From assembly GCA_964016885.1 (NCBI GenBank), contig OZ024742.1, positions 207,638,001 to 207,702,000 of the forward strand: DNA of 64,000 bases, read 5' to 3'. Each line of letters opens with the position of its first letter. Within the stretch, counting starts at the first letter, position 1. Shown piece after piece: positions 10,998 through 24,327 of this stretch. Under the pieces are notes generated by a model, which was not told the origin of the DNA, searched no databases, and worked only from the letters and a program-made list of their open reading frames with translations. Source of the stretch: Eledone cirrhosa. Its lineage: Eukaryota. The position numbers were made by a program, and so were the translations under genes.

Positions 10998-13643
10998 TAG
11001 AGTGTGCCATAAAAAGCAAGGTGACAATACTAACGCTCCCTGTGTATTTTGCCATTATTGCCCAATTTGTAAAATAAAAGATATTTTGTATAAAATAAAT
11101 TATTTTGAGTCTTGCCTATATCATGGTGATTATAGTGGAAAGTGTGATGTTGCATGAAATCATGAACATGTGAAACCAAATATGACCATACAATAATTGT
11201 TTATTTTATTAATCCATTATATTTAGTAAACCAGCTTTCAATATAAAGGCGTACAAGGAAGAAGCAAGTTCAGTTAAGTTAATTGCAGTCATATTTTTTT
11301 CAGAGTTTCTTTTTTGATATCCAGGACCTTGCGACGATGAGCTTCGACTACTTGAAGAACGCACTGCTTCTCCTCCTCATTCTTGGTGATGGCAACAACT
11401 TCAGTTATCAACTTGACTGCTCTCTCCGCCAGATCGTTGACTACCTTGATATTGCGAACAACAGCACAGGCATTTTGATATGACGTTTGTGATGACCAAG
11501 TTGCAGGTGACAGCTCAAGCCAAGTATCGTCGAGACCAAGGAGATCGAACAGAAGCCTTGATTTCTTCCCAACTCGATGAAGCAGCTTCGTGGACGACTT
11601 CAACTCGGGAAATACTGGAGCACCACGGTCGAGAGGCCCAGACGTTTTAGTTTTGACAAGACGTTGGGCTATTTGTTTTTTCTCGCACTTTTGGACCCGA
11701 CTTGAAAACAGTGCTAGCGGAATGTCTTCCTCCGTCAGTTACCCAAGATGCCTGCTCAGAGCAGTAGCGACTGCCTGCGAGAGATCTCTGTCAACCTTAC
11801 TGCACTGTGTCAACTTCACGTAGAATTGAAGGTCATTGGATGATGCATCAGCACACTTGACTGCTGTCAGCCAGTATCGCACGTAGAACAGAGCATTGAA
11901 CATACAGATCCGGTGCAACTTTTCCATTTTTGCTTGATCGTAATTGAGTCGCTCACCAAATGCATACATCTTTGCACTATAGATGATTGTGGACATCCAC
12001 ACAAGATACGCTCCGTGACATGGTGCCGACAAGCAAAATAAAACACCGTTTTGTTGAGCATCTCTTCTAGTTTCATGCAGGCATCATTTTTCCGTCCAGA
12101 AATCGCAGCAGTTGTGTCGAAGACCAAGCCCACCACAGACACATCAACATTCCAATCTTTAACAAGATCAAATGATACTTTGGCTTGGGTGGTTCAAGTG
12201 CCACCAGGAATTATGGGAACACCGATGAGTTTACCTTCTCTGAAGTCCGGAGTTCCAATAACTAGCACACCTTGTCTTTCGTGGTCACGAGGAATTATTT
12301 TGCCATCCCAATGCAACGTAACAAAGTCTGGTACAGCAAATTGTTCCTTTATGTGTTCAGCCCCCACAGTTCTGATCTTCTTATATGCACGTCTGTACTA
12401 TTTTGGAGAGTTGTGGCGTCTATGTCAGTCCCAGCCTCAGAAATAATCGATGCCATAAATGCTGTTCTCTGGCGCAGTGTCAGGTTTAAATGATCAGTCA
12501 TTAGAGACATTTTTGGACTTTGAAATGGATTCTTTGGGAGTTCCAGCTGGATTTTTCGTTTCTTGTCTGACTTTCAGCTGACTGTGGGTGGGTTAGAAGC
12601 CTGAAATTCAGGATCCTGTTCATCTTCAGTTTCATAATTGGTTGAACTTGAATCACTCAGTTCATTACGTGGAAGTTGTGCTGCTACAGATCCTGACAAA
12701 CGCTTTCTTTGGTTCTCTGACTCTCAACGAGCCACAGAAATCTGATCACGCTTAAACTTTGAAGATACCTTATTCCGGTAACCCTTGTCTTCAGCACCCA
12801 GAGATACTTTTTTTCTGGCAACGCAGGGCTTCGAGAAATGTAGCATCTTCCATTTTCTGTTCATTATTACGAAGGGCGGTGGATTGGCAGTATCGGTAGA
12901 GGGTCGTACGCCATGCTTTCCATCATAGTTACGTCCCTTTACGATCTGAGTTCAAATCCCGCCGAGGTTGACTTTGCCTTTCATCCTTACGGGGTCGATA
13001 GAATAAAGTACCAGTAATGCACTGGGTAATTGCTGACCTTGTGCCTAAAGTAGAAACAATTATTACGAAGACGGTCTTTCAAAATTTTCTTTTCAGCATC
13101 AGTATGTGCAATGTAGAAATACGAATCCAATTCAGAAATAAAAAGTGCTTCCTTTTCTGTTTGACTTAGAACCTTTGTTTTTTTGTAAATTTCTGTATTT
13201 ACTGTACATGTTCATAATTTTCAGTTTCACTTTGTCTTTTCGTTGAGTCGCCACACCACCTTTTTCCCACTGGCTAACTACTTCCATCACAAGCCTATCC
13301 GCAATAGCACCATTGAAGCTCACATGCTTTTTGTGTTTCATAGGACCATATTTCAGGTAGAAGAAATATCTTAGAACATCCCCCTTTGTTGGTATTTTGT
13401 TTGGTGAAAACGATGTAACATATTGCCCCAGGAGCCATATTTCTCGATCATCACAACGGAGCGAGTAGCTACAACTAGGCCATTGGTTTCCGCCATTATT
13501 CTGCCAATTTGCAACTATTAGGCAAGACTTAAATTAGTCATAAATAATCAAAATTACATTATAAATTGATGAGCATGAGAAAATGCATAGGGGGCTAAGA
13601 AAAAAACACTTTTGTGTAAAATGTGGGATTCTGGAACACCCTA
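10998..13643 (-). mobile_element. hAT-superfamily (hATm-like) DNA transposon, decayed transposase
   Basis: Termini TAGAGTGTGCCA / TGGAACACCCTA with exact 8-bp TSD ATATACAT (10990-10997, 13644-13651). Motifs VGLVFDTTA, ACRHH and VVNDLAERAVKL. Frameshifted and interrupted by a SINE. Confidence 0.9.
12875..13058 (+). mobile_element. Full-length tRNA-derived Nin-domain SINE inserted in the hATm element
   Basis: A-box-like TGGCAGTATCGG, B-box GAGTTCAAATCC, Nin/Deu-like core. TSD ATTATTACGAAG at 12863-12874 and 13059-13070. Confidence 0.9.
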
Positions 13644-13645
13644 AT

Positions 13646-15027
13646 ATACATATATATAAAACTGAAATTGTCTGTGTGCGTGTGTGTCTGTTCTAATTTG
13701 TGCAAAGTCTATACAAATCCACATTTCTACTCTGATTGACTTCAAACTTGCATTTATATATTCCTTGCGGTCTAAAGATATTAACTGCAGCTTTTATTTT
13801 TCAATTTGCTGTTATTAAAGTGGTGTTAGGCGCCGGTTATCGATCCCTCTGTCTTTCTTAGTCTGTCTTTTTATATAGATACATAGCTATAACGTCGAGC
13901 CCTTATAATATCTCCCTGTATGTCTGGCTGTCTGCATTACGACAATATGACAAACATGGTTCTCATTGCTGACGTATTATCTTCGCTATTTTCCGTTCAT
14001 TGCCAGGGAACGTCTTCACGAAACAAAGTGTCATCTTCCTGTTTTCCTTCGGTTGCAACGTTTTTGAAATATTTACTTCTGCGTTCGCAGATTGATTTTT
14101 TTAGTTTCAGAAGATCCCTGTAAGGGTGAAAGCACACGCTGTAAGCAATGTCAATGTTACTGCTGCTACATAGGACTCCCATTACCACTGAACTTTCACC
14201 TTTGCATTCTGCATTTCTATCCGCAGGCCAACAGAGAATGGTCTTCATAGTAGTCTGTTTATTGAGGGAGAAACAGAAGTGTCTCGAATTTGCCGTTCAA
14301 AAAACCCATTGACAATAACGAAAACCACTAACATCAACGCAGAATGATACATTGTTGGTCGCTTTAACCCGTCTTTTATTAATCAAAAAAATTATTGTCA
14401 ATAAACATTAACCCTTTCTGCACCAACAAATACCAACTAAACGGAGCGTTGACAAGAACGATGACGAATGAATATTCGAGGTAAGAGTTTCCTCCAGAGC
14501 TGTTAGTTCACGCGGGATACTCTGCTACACATTTTCATAATAATACCAAACAACGTACTGCTGGTCACTCCTTCCTCCAAAAGCCGAACAAAGCGGAAAT
14601 GTGCATCGGACAGATAGATCGGGTGCAAATCTACACCACGCCTACGCGAGAAATTTACAAGGGACTGCACCGAGAGGAATAGGGAAAAAGAGTAACTTAG
14701 TGGAAAGAGTGCGAATGAACTTTTGAGGTAAGTAGACTACGCCTTGCTGCTATGAAACTGGAACCTGCCAACTTAACCTGTGACTTTCTCTTTCACATTT
14801 ACTCCAAAAGACCAAAACAGGGGAGTATGAAAAGAATGGGCTCAACAAGATTTCTATGAACAATGCACGTAGACAGCTAAACTGTACTTTCAACTTCTTA
14901 ACGTTCTCCAAATAAAACTGTAGGTATATTTTCGTGAGTTTTTAACAGGCACTCACAAATGAACGTTTCTCATTGGAGGTGCTATTACCAATGTCCTTAC
15001 CCGTGCAACGCCGGGATACACTGCTAG
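13646..15027 (+). mobile_element. Non-autonomous Helitron (group B)
   Basis: 5' TATATAAAACTG+(TGTC/TG)n start. 3' hairpin CCCGTGCAACGCCGGG and CTAG|T at 15024-15027. Same termini as 38987-39823 and 43931-44973. Confidence 0.78.
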
Positions 15028-15063
<36 letters not shown>

Positions 15064-15120
15064 ATATATATATGTGGGGGGGGGGTTGTGTGTGTGTCTG
15101 TGTGTGTGTATGTGTGTGTT

Positions 15121-15161
<41 letters not shown>

Positions 15162-15221
15162 GCGCGTGTGTGTGTGTAGGTATACGATTGTGATCCTTTC
15201 TATAACGAATCAAATGTTATT

Positions 15222-15403
15222 ATTGGCAGTATCGGTAGAGATCGGACACAATGCTTTGAAGCATGGAGTTACGTCCCTTTATGGTCTGAGTTCAAATCCC
15301 GCCGATGTTAACTTTGCCTTTCATCCTTTCGGGGTCGATAACATAAAGTACCAGTAATATACTGGCTTATTGCTGGCCTTGTGCCAAAAGTAGAAACAAT
15401 TAT
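15222..15403 (+). mobile_element. Nin-domain SINE
   Basis: Colinear with 12875-13058. Confidence 0.88.
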
Positions 15404-15860
15404 TAATATTTGAAAAACTCAGATTATATTTATTATATTCAGGCATGAATGTGGCAAAGCCGGCCATTTATGGCTCGTATACAGGAAACTGACTGGCCAG
15501 TCTGCTGATATGCAAATCCGGGTATCATAGCCATTGCCAATATAGGTTTGTTATTTTTATTGATTTATTATTTTAAATCGAGACAGGGAAACCATATTAT
15601 TTTAAATTAGTATTTTTCAACCTAGCTAACTTGGTCATTTGCAATTCGAACACATGTATACTTGTATCAGTGTTCATCGCTCTCATATATTCATTTGTAT
15701 ATATATATATATATTGTTATACTTTGGGAGGGTCATGTTGCCAATAAGAAACACACGCACCAGTTGCTTTCACTTCAATTTATTATATATTTATAAATTT
15801 ATAAATTTATAACTTTCTGGTTGGTTGGTTGGTTCCACAACCAGATAGTTGTTTATATAT

Positions 15861-15905
15861 AGTCATAGTTCTTTCGTCACACACTCTGTGACCTCTTCAG
15901 TGACT
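15861..15905 (-). ncRNA. Minimal type I hammerhead ribozyme (PLE pLTR)
   Basis: Reverse complement of 16674-16718. Confidence 0.8.
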
Positions 15906-16003
15906 GGGGATTCCTTTCTTTGTTTCTGTGCCTCTCCTTTGTTCTGTCCTACGCCATTTTGTTTCTGTGTGTGTGTTGTGTGCTCAGTCTGCGCATGCGC
16001 CAC

Positions 16004-16460
16004 ATAAACTCAATATTAAGATAGTAGAAAGACCAGGTACCTCGGTAAAAACACTTATTAGCAAGACATTCCCTTTTCAAAGACCCTCATGCATAGATAA
16101 GAAATGTGTAACCTGTAAAATAAGCCCCCATATTAACTGTAAAACTAAAAATGTAGTGTATAGCATAAGATGTACTGAAGGACAATGTAGAGACAAAAAT
16201 ATAGTGTACATAGGTGAGACAGCTCGTAGTGTAGAGGAACGGATACATGAACACTGGCGAGACCTTCAAGATAATAAAGAATCATCTGTACTCTACCAAC
16301 ATGCTAAAATAGAACACAAGGGTAAATTAGAGAACATAGAAATAATAATAGAATCTACACACAGAAAAGACGCAATGTTTAGACAAATTACAGAGGCAAT
16401 AAACATAAAATAATTACAACCAAAATTAAATAGAAAATATGAGTGGAACAGCAACATCAC
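16004..16460 (+). pseudogene. PLE GIY-YIG endonuclease C-terminal fragment
   Basis: C..C linker, NVVYSIRC...YIGETARSVEERIHEH...RQITEAINIK*LQPKLNRKYEW, with one in-frame stop. Confidence 0.88.
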
Positions 16461-16673
16461 AACTTACAATTAAGGACAAAATGAAAACACACACACACAT
16501 AGAACAAACAACCAACCAGTAACATGTAAATAAACAAATAAATAAATGAACATAAACACACACAGACACCCGGATGTGGCGCATGCGCAGACTGAGCACA
16601 CAACACACACACAAAAACAAAATGGCGTAGGACAGAACAAAGGAAAGGCACAGAAACAAGGAAAGGAATCCCC

Positions 16674-16718
16674 AGTCACTGAAGAGGTCACAGAGTGTGT
16701 GACGAAAGAACTATGACT
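16674..16718 (+). ncRNA. Minimal type I hammerhead ribozyme (PLE pLTR)
   Basis: AGUCA-CUGAAGA-GGUCAC..GUGAC-GAAA-GAAC-UA-UGACU. Confidence 0.8.
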
Positions 16719-16922
16719 ATATATAAACAACTATCTGGTTGTGGAACCAAGCAACCAACCAGAAATTTATAAATTTATAAATTTATAAATATATAATAAA
16801 TTGATGTGAAAGCATATGGTGCGTGTGTTTCTTATTGGCAACATGACCCTCCCAAAGTATAACAATATCGGTTTCAACACACGATTTCAGATAAAGAATC
16901 TTGCTAAACAAATTCAGAAACG

Positions 16923-16969
<47 letters not shown>

Positions 16970-17003
16970 GTGTGTGTGTGTATGTGTGTGTGGGTGTGTG
17001 TGT

Positions 17004-17063
<60 letters not shown>

Positions 17064-17419
17064 CTATATGTATAATTTGCTTTCAGATATATCAATATAT
17101 TTTATATGTTGCTTCGTGTTTCATATATAGTGTCTACTTGTAGCCCATAATTGATAAATATTTCTATAGCTATTTATCATAAAGCTTCTGTGCCTATAAA
17201 CAAACAAATTCTAAAGTGCACACACTTTCTGCTTCACTTAATACAGTCTGCATCAAGTGAAGCGTAGCAAACAATGTGGATTCGAGAGAATGCGATAGAG
17301 AGAAAGAAGGAGTCCAAAGAAAGAAAGAGCAAAAAAGTACGATGACAGAATACTTTGATCTTGGTCCTTAAAACTAATTTAATAAAATCAATATAGAATA
17401 GATCATAATCGTATACCTA

Positions 17420-17549
<130 letters not shown>

Positions 17550-17599
17550 CACACATACACACACACGCACACACACACACAAATATCTATATCTATATA

Positions 17600-18075
17600 T
17601 ATATACAATATTAATAAATGGAAAATATCATTACAAAACCATATTTATTTTATTATACATATTTCAAGGGTACTAATATTTAAGTACGCTTTCGTCAGAT
17701 AAAATATAATTGTTTCAACTTTTGGCACAAGGCCACCAATTATCCAGTGCATTACTGGTACTTTATTTTATCGACCCCGTAAGGATGAAAGGCAAAGTTA
17801 ACCTCAGCGGGATTTGAACTCAGACTGTAAAGGGATGTAACTATGCTGGAAAGCATGGCGTCCAACTCTCTACGGATACTGCCAATTCTTCAGAAAATAA
17901 ATCGTCAGATAAAATATAATATTTGGTGTTAAGATAGTGAGATTTCTTTATGTGAACTTAATGGTATAAGCCCAATGAAGATATATGTTTCATCTGACGA
18001 AAGCGTACCCTTGAAATACGTATAATAAAATAAATATGGTTTTGTAAAGATATTTTCCATTCATTAATATTGTTA
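17600..18075. mobile_element. Fold-back PLE-type terminal fragment with two hammerheads, interrupted by a SINE
   Basis: 17600-17700 is the inverse of 17990-18072. Hammerheads at 17646-17706 (-) and 17988-18030 (+): CUGACGA-AAG..CUU-GAAA, palindromic stem III AUACGUAU. Confidence 0.7.
17706..17890 (-). mobile_element. Nin-domain SINE
   Basis: Colinear with the family. TSD TCGTCAGATAAAATATAAT at 17692 and 17902. Confidence 0.88.
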
Positions 18076-18161
18076 AATTTAATGATACCCCAGATAAGAA
18101 TTTGTAGAGTGCTTCTAATTTGTTGTAAAATTAACCTTATTGAATAATCAACAAGCCATAT

Positions 18162-21100
18162 AATTTTGCAGCAGTGACGGGCGCTAACCCGACGCCTGCC
18201 GCCTGTAGTTGCCGATTCTTTGTCCACAGATCTTAGTGGGCAAAGAATCGGCAAATACAGGCGACAGGCGTCGGGTTAGCAGCCCGTCACTGCTACAAAA
18301 TTCAAAATCGCTACAGAAACATTAATGAAAACAACAACAACAAAAAAAAGAAAATACCTAAACGATCGGCGCAAAAACCAACTTTTGACGTGGGAAACAC
18401 TATCCTCAAAACACGTGGGAAACACTCCACCCAAAAGACGTGGGAAACACTCAACTCTTGATGGTCCTCAACAAAAGCCGAAAGGAGGTTGGAGCACCAA
18501 AAGAAAGACGTGGATTGGAACCTGGAACATCCGAACTCTATACCCGACAGGAAAATTGGCTCAGCTACTACATGAGTTCGACCACTACCATTTGGAGATT
18601 CTGGGCGTGAGCGAAATGCGCCGGATCGGCAGCGGTGGAACAACTCTGCTCTACTCTGGACACCAAGACAAGCACCTCCATGGCGTTGGATTTGTGCTTA
18701 GCGCCCGAGCAAATCGAGGGTTGATCGGATGGGAGCCAGTCAGCGAATATATCATAACCTCTTGTTTTCAGAGTAGGCATGCGAGAATTGCTGTTGTTCG
18801 ACAAGGACGCTTTCTGCGAACAGCTGTAGGACACATTCAACAGTTTGCCCTGATACGGCATCAAACTGCAGATCGGCGATTTCAATGTCCAGATTAACAG
18901 CAACAGACAGGGAGTAGAACAGGTCACCGGGCCGTTAGGTTCTGCTGCAGTCACCACGGACAACGGTGAGAGACTGCAGTTCTTTTGCGCCATTAACAGC
19001 TTGTGCATCAATAACACCTACTTCAAGCACAAGGCAATTCACAAAGCTACTTGGCAGTCTCCGAACCAGAAAAGCCACAATGAGATCGACTACGTCTGCA
19101 TCAACCAGCGCTGGTGGTCCTCGGCGCGCAACGTCAGAGTGTACCGAGGTGCAGACGTGGGCTCAGAACACTACCTACTAAGTGCCCGACTTCAGCTGCT
19201 CCTAAAGAAACGAATACGACAGGAGAGACCGAAGCCGTATGTAGTGCAGAAGCTGAAGGATTCCAGTCAAGCACGACTGCACCAAGTGGCAGAACAGATC
19301 CGCTTCTAGCAGTTGATTGAGGCTTCAGATCTGTAGGCAATGTTTGTGACAGCAGTGACTGAGGCGGCACAAGAAACTGTTGGTCGAAAGCGAGGGGCGA
19401 GGAAAGAACACTGGATCCAGGAATCAGCGAAGGACCTGATTGACAAACGAAAGGAGAAAGTTGAACGAGATTCTGCCAGATCGGAGGACGACAAAGGGTA
19501 AAGAGATGCTGCAAACCACCAAATCGACCAACTTGTAAAGCGAAGCTGCCAGCGGGACAAACGCCTATGACTGAAGAAAAAAGGTGCTGAGGCAGAGGAA
19601 GCTGCTGGTCGCAACGACACGAAGACACTGTTCCATGCCGTGAGGGAGTTGACTGGAGTGTCGAGCGGTGCCACCATGCCAGTGAAGGATAAAAATGACA
19701 ACACTACTGGAGCAGAACAAGACCAGAGAAGGATGGAGCACTTCCGAGAGACTGTGAACCAACCAAATCCAGTCGCCCTGATATACTTGACAACAGAGAC
19801 CCCAGCAACCGCTGCCAGGACCAAATTACCAAGCAGGAGACGAGAGATGTGATCAGCGCCTTGAGGAACAGCAAAGCTGGCGGAGCGGGTGAGGTCTCTA
19901 CAGATTTGCTCAAACTTGGTGAATATAGCATGATAATGGCGTTGACAAACTTGATGAACCACTGCTGGAGGGTTGGTCGGGTTTCTCTTGAGTGGCAACG
20001 TGGTCTCATCGTCAAACTGGCCGAAGAAGGGAAAACTGGCCGACTGCAACAACTGGCACGTTATCACATTGCTGTCAGACCCAGCCAAGGCGTTTTGCAC
20101 TGAATTGCTGCATTGACTCTGTGCTCCGGGAAGAACAAGCCGGCTTCCGAAACAACCGATCTTGCACCGTACAACTCTTCACACTACGCAACATCTTCGA
20201 ACAATGAGTTGAGCTCCAGTAACCTTTGGCGGTCAACATCATTGATTTCCAGAAGGCATTCGACAGTGTGCATTGGGAATCGCTGTGGAATATTGCATAC
20301 TCGTAAGGCATTCTTGCAAGATTCAGTGCCATTTTCAAGGCCCTGTACGCAAACTCCAGCTGCTACGTGCGAATTATGTCCGGTGTGACAGCGTTCTTTG
20401 ACATTGTCTCCAGAGTCAGACAGGTTTGCATTTTCTCATCACTGTTGTTCCTGTTGGCAGCCGATTTCGTTCTCATGTGAACATATGAAGGATCCAGCCG
20501 AATAATCACATGGAGAAGCCAGTCGAGGCTGAGGGACCTAGCATTCACCGACGACATGGCTAGATCGTTGAAGACAATGCAGATCTGCAGGCTCTAACAA
20601 CATTCCTGAGAGAGAGTGCGGAAAAGATCGGCCTGAGAATCAACACCAAAATGACCAAGGTGATGAGAAGATCCAACAACGCAGGTCCAGCGATCAGAGT
20701 CAACCTGGAAGAAGTCGATCACTTCACCTATCTGAACAGCATCCTGGCAAGCAATGGCGTCGCGGAGCTCGACATGAACTGTCTGATCAGCAAAGCTGCC
20801 GCAGTTTTCCAGCGGATGCGCCCAGTCTGGTCGTCTTCATGCATCAGCAGCTGCTGCCGACAGTGCTTTACGGGAGCGACACCTGGAAGAGCACGGCAAA
20901 GATAGAGAGACGGCTGAAAGCTTTCCACTAGCAGTGCCTGCAAACGATTCTTCGTGTGTCCTGGCGCGACCGAGTCCGAAACGAGGAAATCCTGCGGAGG
21001 GCCGAGTCGTGGACGCTACAGAGGATGGTCACGGAGCGCCGGTGCCGCTTGACTGGCCACATTCTGCGCATGCCCGACGAACGACACTCGAAAACAGTGA

Positions 21101-21297
21101 TGAACTAGACTTCACTAGACGGCAAACGGATACGGGGTTGCCCCAGGATCACCTCGCGACTTACGTTCCGGATAGACTTCATGGCCGCCAAGATCACTTG
21201 GCACGGACGGGAAAAATCCACCGCTGATCGTGACCGTTGGCCACTACTTACTACTCGATGAACCGAACTGCGCTGAAGAACTTGAGACTAAGACTAA
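18162..21297 (+). mobile_element. RTE-clade LINE, near full length, decayed (APE + RT)
   Basis: IGTWNIRTL, ILGVSEMR, EIDYVCI and GSEH endonuclease motifs. EEQAGFRNNRSC, IDFQKAFDSVHWESLW and LAFTDD reverse-transcriptase motifs. (AGACTA)n tail. Many stops and frameshifts. Confidence 0.92.
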
Positions 21298-21539
21298 ATA
21301 GGCGAAGTTGTTGTTCTTGTAGTAGTTGTTGTCTTGAATGTGGCTGTCAACAAAATATATACCTCACCCTCCCTCAGATTTCCGTTTACTGCTTCCAATA
21401 TCTGCTGGATTTTAGCTACGCATAGATTATCATTTGGTACAATCAACACAACACACTTGAGGGGTTGCCCTTTTGTTGATTTACTACCCTAATTTCGTAG
21501 GGGTTGCATGAATCCTGATTCCTTTGAAAGTATTTCCGC

Positions 21540-21758
21540 ATTAAACACCCTGTTGGCTGTATTACATTACAGACAAACAAGCAAGAAAGTAATTACAGAG
21601 TTTTAGTAGTATACTAGACCACTCGTGACCAGTTGAGTCACGTTCACTTCAACATATTCTTTTAAAACATGTTCACTTACAAATAATATTTAAATAATTA
21701 AAATATACACAGTCATGTATATAATATTAAACGAAACTGGAAGGCCTATATATATACC

Positions 21759-21813
<55 letters not shown>

Positions 21814-21836
21814 GTGTGCGTGTCTATACATACATA

Positions 21837-21867
<31 letters not shown>

Positions 21868-22272
21868 GTGTGTGTGTGTGAGTGTGAGTGTGTGTGTGTG
21901 TGTTTCATATATACATGTGGGTGTCTATGTATATATATATGTGGGAGATCTATATATACACACACACTCACATATATATGTACAAAATAACACCACCAGC
22001 TCTATCCTCTATTTTCCTTATCTCGCTATGTCTTCTTTCAATCTACTCTCTCACAACCACTATTTCTCTCTCTCTCTCTTCTATTTATTAAGGTACTCGA
22101 AAACAACACATATTTCGGAATCCTGTGCTCCGATTTATGAGAAACTTGTTTTATTCCATTTGTACTCCCATTTCAACGTCAACTTTCTTTCGAAGTATTT
22201 TCCTATTATGCACCCTTTTGGATGTATTACATTACAGACAAGCAAGCAATCACAGAGTTTTAGTACATATAT
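21540..22272 (-). mobile_element. Helitron family A, full copy (21614-22272) joined head-to-tail to a truncated copy (21540-21613)
   Basis: Minus strand: hairpin+GGTCTAG directly followed by TATACTACTAAAACTCTG, the family 5' start. Confidence 0.72.
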
Positions 22273-22280
22273 ATATATAT

Positions 22281-23426
22281 GTAAATGGTAAACAGAAATA
22301 ACAACACAATCGGTACACTATATGAAAGGAATATATTAGGTTAACGCTTGAAATAGCAGGGAGAGGGTATTGACGTTTCGGACGCTAGTCATTCATCAGA
22401 AGAAAGAATGAGAAATAAAATAGATTGAAGGGACGGGCTGGTTGGAATTGGAAAAATAATAGGTTCATTCCTGTTGACATCTCTTGGAAAACTGTTGGTA
22501 CTGGCGTTTTGTGTATGATTTATTTTTTAGAAAACTGGATGATGGAGCACTTCTACCTGGACTGAAAAAAAAAACGTTTTTTAAAAAGAGCTCTACATGT
22601 GCATGGGTGTGTCTGTGTGAGTGTGTGTTTGTGTGTGTTTGTGTATGTGTGTGTGTTATTATACGTCCGTACGAAGCTATGAAGAAATGTGTGTGTATAT
22701 GTAAGTAAAAGAGTGTGTGTAAATGTAAGTACGAAGCTATGAGTAAAAGTATGTTAATATAAGGGTGTGTATGTGCGTACATACAGAGGAGTGAAGGGAA
22801 ATGTGGAATGAGCATATTTAGACTGTCCATATTAGTTGTAAGTTATGTTAATGATCATGAGGGAGCGATGCGAATCTAGGAGTGAATGTACAAGCGCGTG
22901 TGATTAATTGACAGGGTATTAAAGAAATTGGAGAGGTGAGTTGAGTCCAAGAGAGGAATAGGACCTAAGGTCGTGAAATAGTCTCTGTTCAGTCCTGGTG
23001 TGCTAGGTATGTGACCCATGATGTTGAAGGATACCAAGGACTGAAACATGTAGGGAAGAATGATCAGGAGAACAGAAATGACGGGCGACAGAAGTATCCA
23101 AACCGAGATGTATGTCCCTCAAATGCTCAGCAAAACGGCCCGCCATAAGGCGTCCCATTTGTCCGACGTATAAAGGAGGGCATAGATAACGTGGATGAAT
23201 GTACATGTGAAAGAGTGGCGGATACGGAGAGACCTGTTAGCGCCTGGGACAGTGGTAAGGGGGAATGAAGGGACAAGTGTTGCAGCGGGGACAAGAACAA
23301 GGATGAGAGCCGGATGGAGTCGAGGGAGAGGACGAGAAGGAACTACGTACCAGGAGGGCGTGGAGGTTGCGGGCGCGCTTAAAAGTAGTAATGGGTGAGT
23401 TTGGAAAAAAGTTAACAGTGACGGGG

Positions 23427-23430
<4 letters not shown>
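22281..23430 (-). mobile_element. Penelope-like element (Neptune-like), 5'-truncated
   Basis: FTCTFIHVIY...LYVGQMGRLMAGRFAEHLRDI...VARHF GIY-YIG remnant at 23003-23300. Hammerhead at 22367-22404 (CUGAUGA..GAC UAGC GUC..GAAACGUC). 3' end homologous to 54290-54450. Confidence 0.85.
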
Positions 23431-23460
<30 letters not shown>

Positions 23461-23465
<5 letters not shown>

Positions 23466-23665
23466 AACGAGTAGGACCCCGACGGCTGAGCTCAAGCCGT
23501 TTCGACGTCTAATTCTGGACTGTTGAGTCCAGAATTAGCCGTCGAAACGGCTTGAGCTCAGCCGTCGGGGTCTTACTCGTTCCTATTACTCACACTACTA
23601 CCCTAAGTATTGAGTACTTTGGTGCGTTATGGTCCATCTGGTTCCTTACCACATTTCCTTCGTTA
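23461..23665 (+). repeat. Fold-back element (about 60-bp arms plus tail) in (TA)n
   Basis: 23461-23586 is a near-perfect palindrome. Related copies at 8370-8442, 38905-38958 and 54598-54735. Confidence 0.85.
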
Positions 23666-23672
23666 TATATAT

Positions 23673-23802
23673 ATAGTTATGTAATAAACAACATAATGCA
23701 ATTATTTCATTTACCAGTGGTTTCTTAAAAGCAAAAAATGTTGCTTTTAAGAAACCACTGGTAAATGGAATAATTGCCTTATGTTGTTTATTACATAACT
23801 AT
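23673..23802. repeat. Fold-back palindrome (about 60-bp arms)
   Basis: ATAGTTATGTAATAAAC...AAAAGCAA / TTGCTTTT...GTTTATTACATAACTAT. Confidence 0.9.
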
Positions 23803-23862
23803 TAAGCTCTGTTACCTACATAGAGCACTCTTTTTTCCTGCAATTTTCCGACGGAATTACTT

Positions 23863-23909
<47 letters not shown>

Positions 23910-23910
<1 letters not shown>

Positions 23911-24327
23911 AAAGAATAGAAGTGTGACACACGAGTTGTGATATATTAGTAAAAGGAAAAGAAAATGCTGACAAATTGTTCCCAGTGAAAAATAATTTAA
24001 TTAGGAATAAGTAAAATTACTAATAAGCATTGGTTAGTATTCAGTTTTAGTTTTAAGTTTTTACCGGTTGCGCATTTCTAATGCTTTTCAAAAATAATTT
24101 TGAGATAGAGCGCCCGTAAACATCACAGGTGCTGTATCTCAAAATTATTTTTGAAAAGCATTACAAATGCGCAACCGGTAAAAACATAAAACTAAAACTG
24201 AATACTAACCAATACTTATTACTAATTTTTACTTATTCCTAATTAAACTATTTTTCACTGGGAACAATTTGTCAGTATATTCTTTTCCTTTTACTAATAT
24301 ATCACAACTCGTGTGTCACACCTCTAT

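Larger units (their letters stand above)
15711..16923 (+). mobile_element. Penelope-like retroelement (Nematis-like), 5'-truncated with inverted pseudo-LTR
   Basis: Inverted arm 15711-16003 is near-identical to 16575-16866. A GIY-YIG endonuclease fragment lies between the arms. Bounded by (TA)n. Confidence 0.9.

Noticed and set aside
19306-20100. 264-aa minus-strand ORF
   Set aside because: Antisense shadow of the GC-rich RTE ORF.
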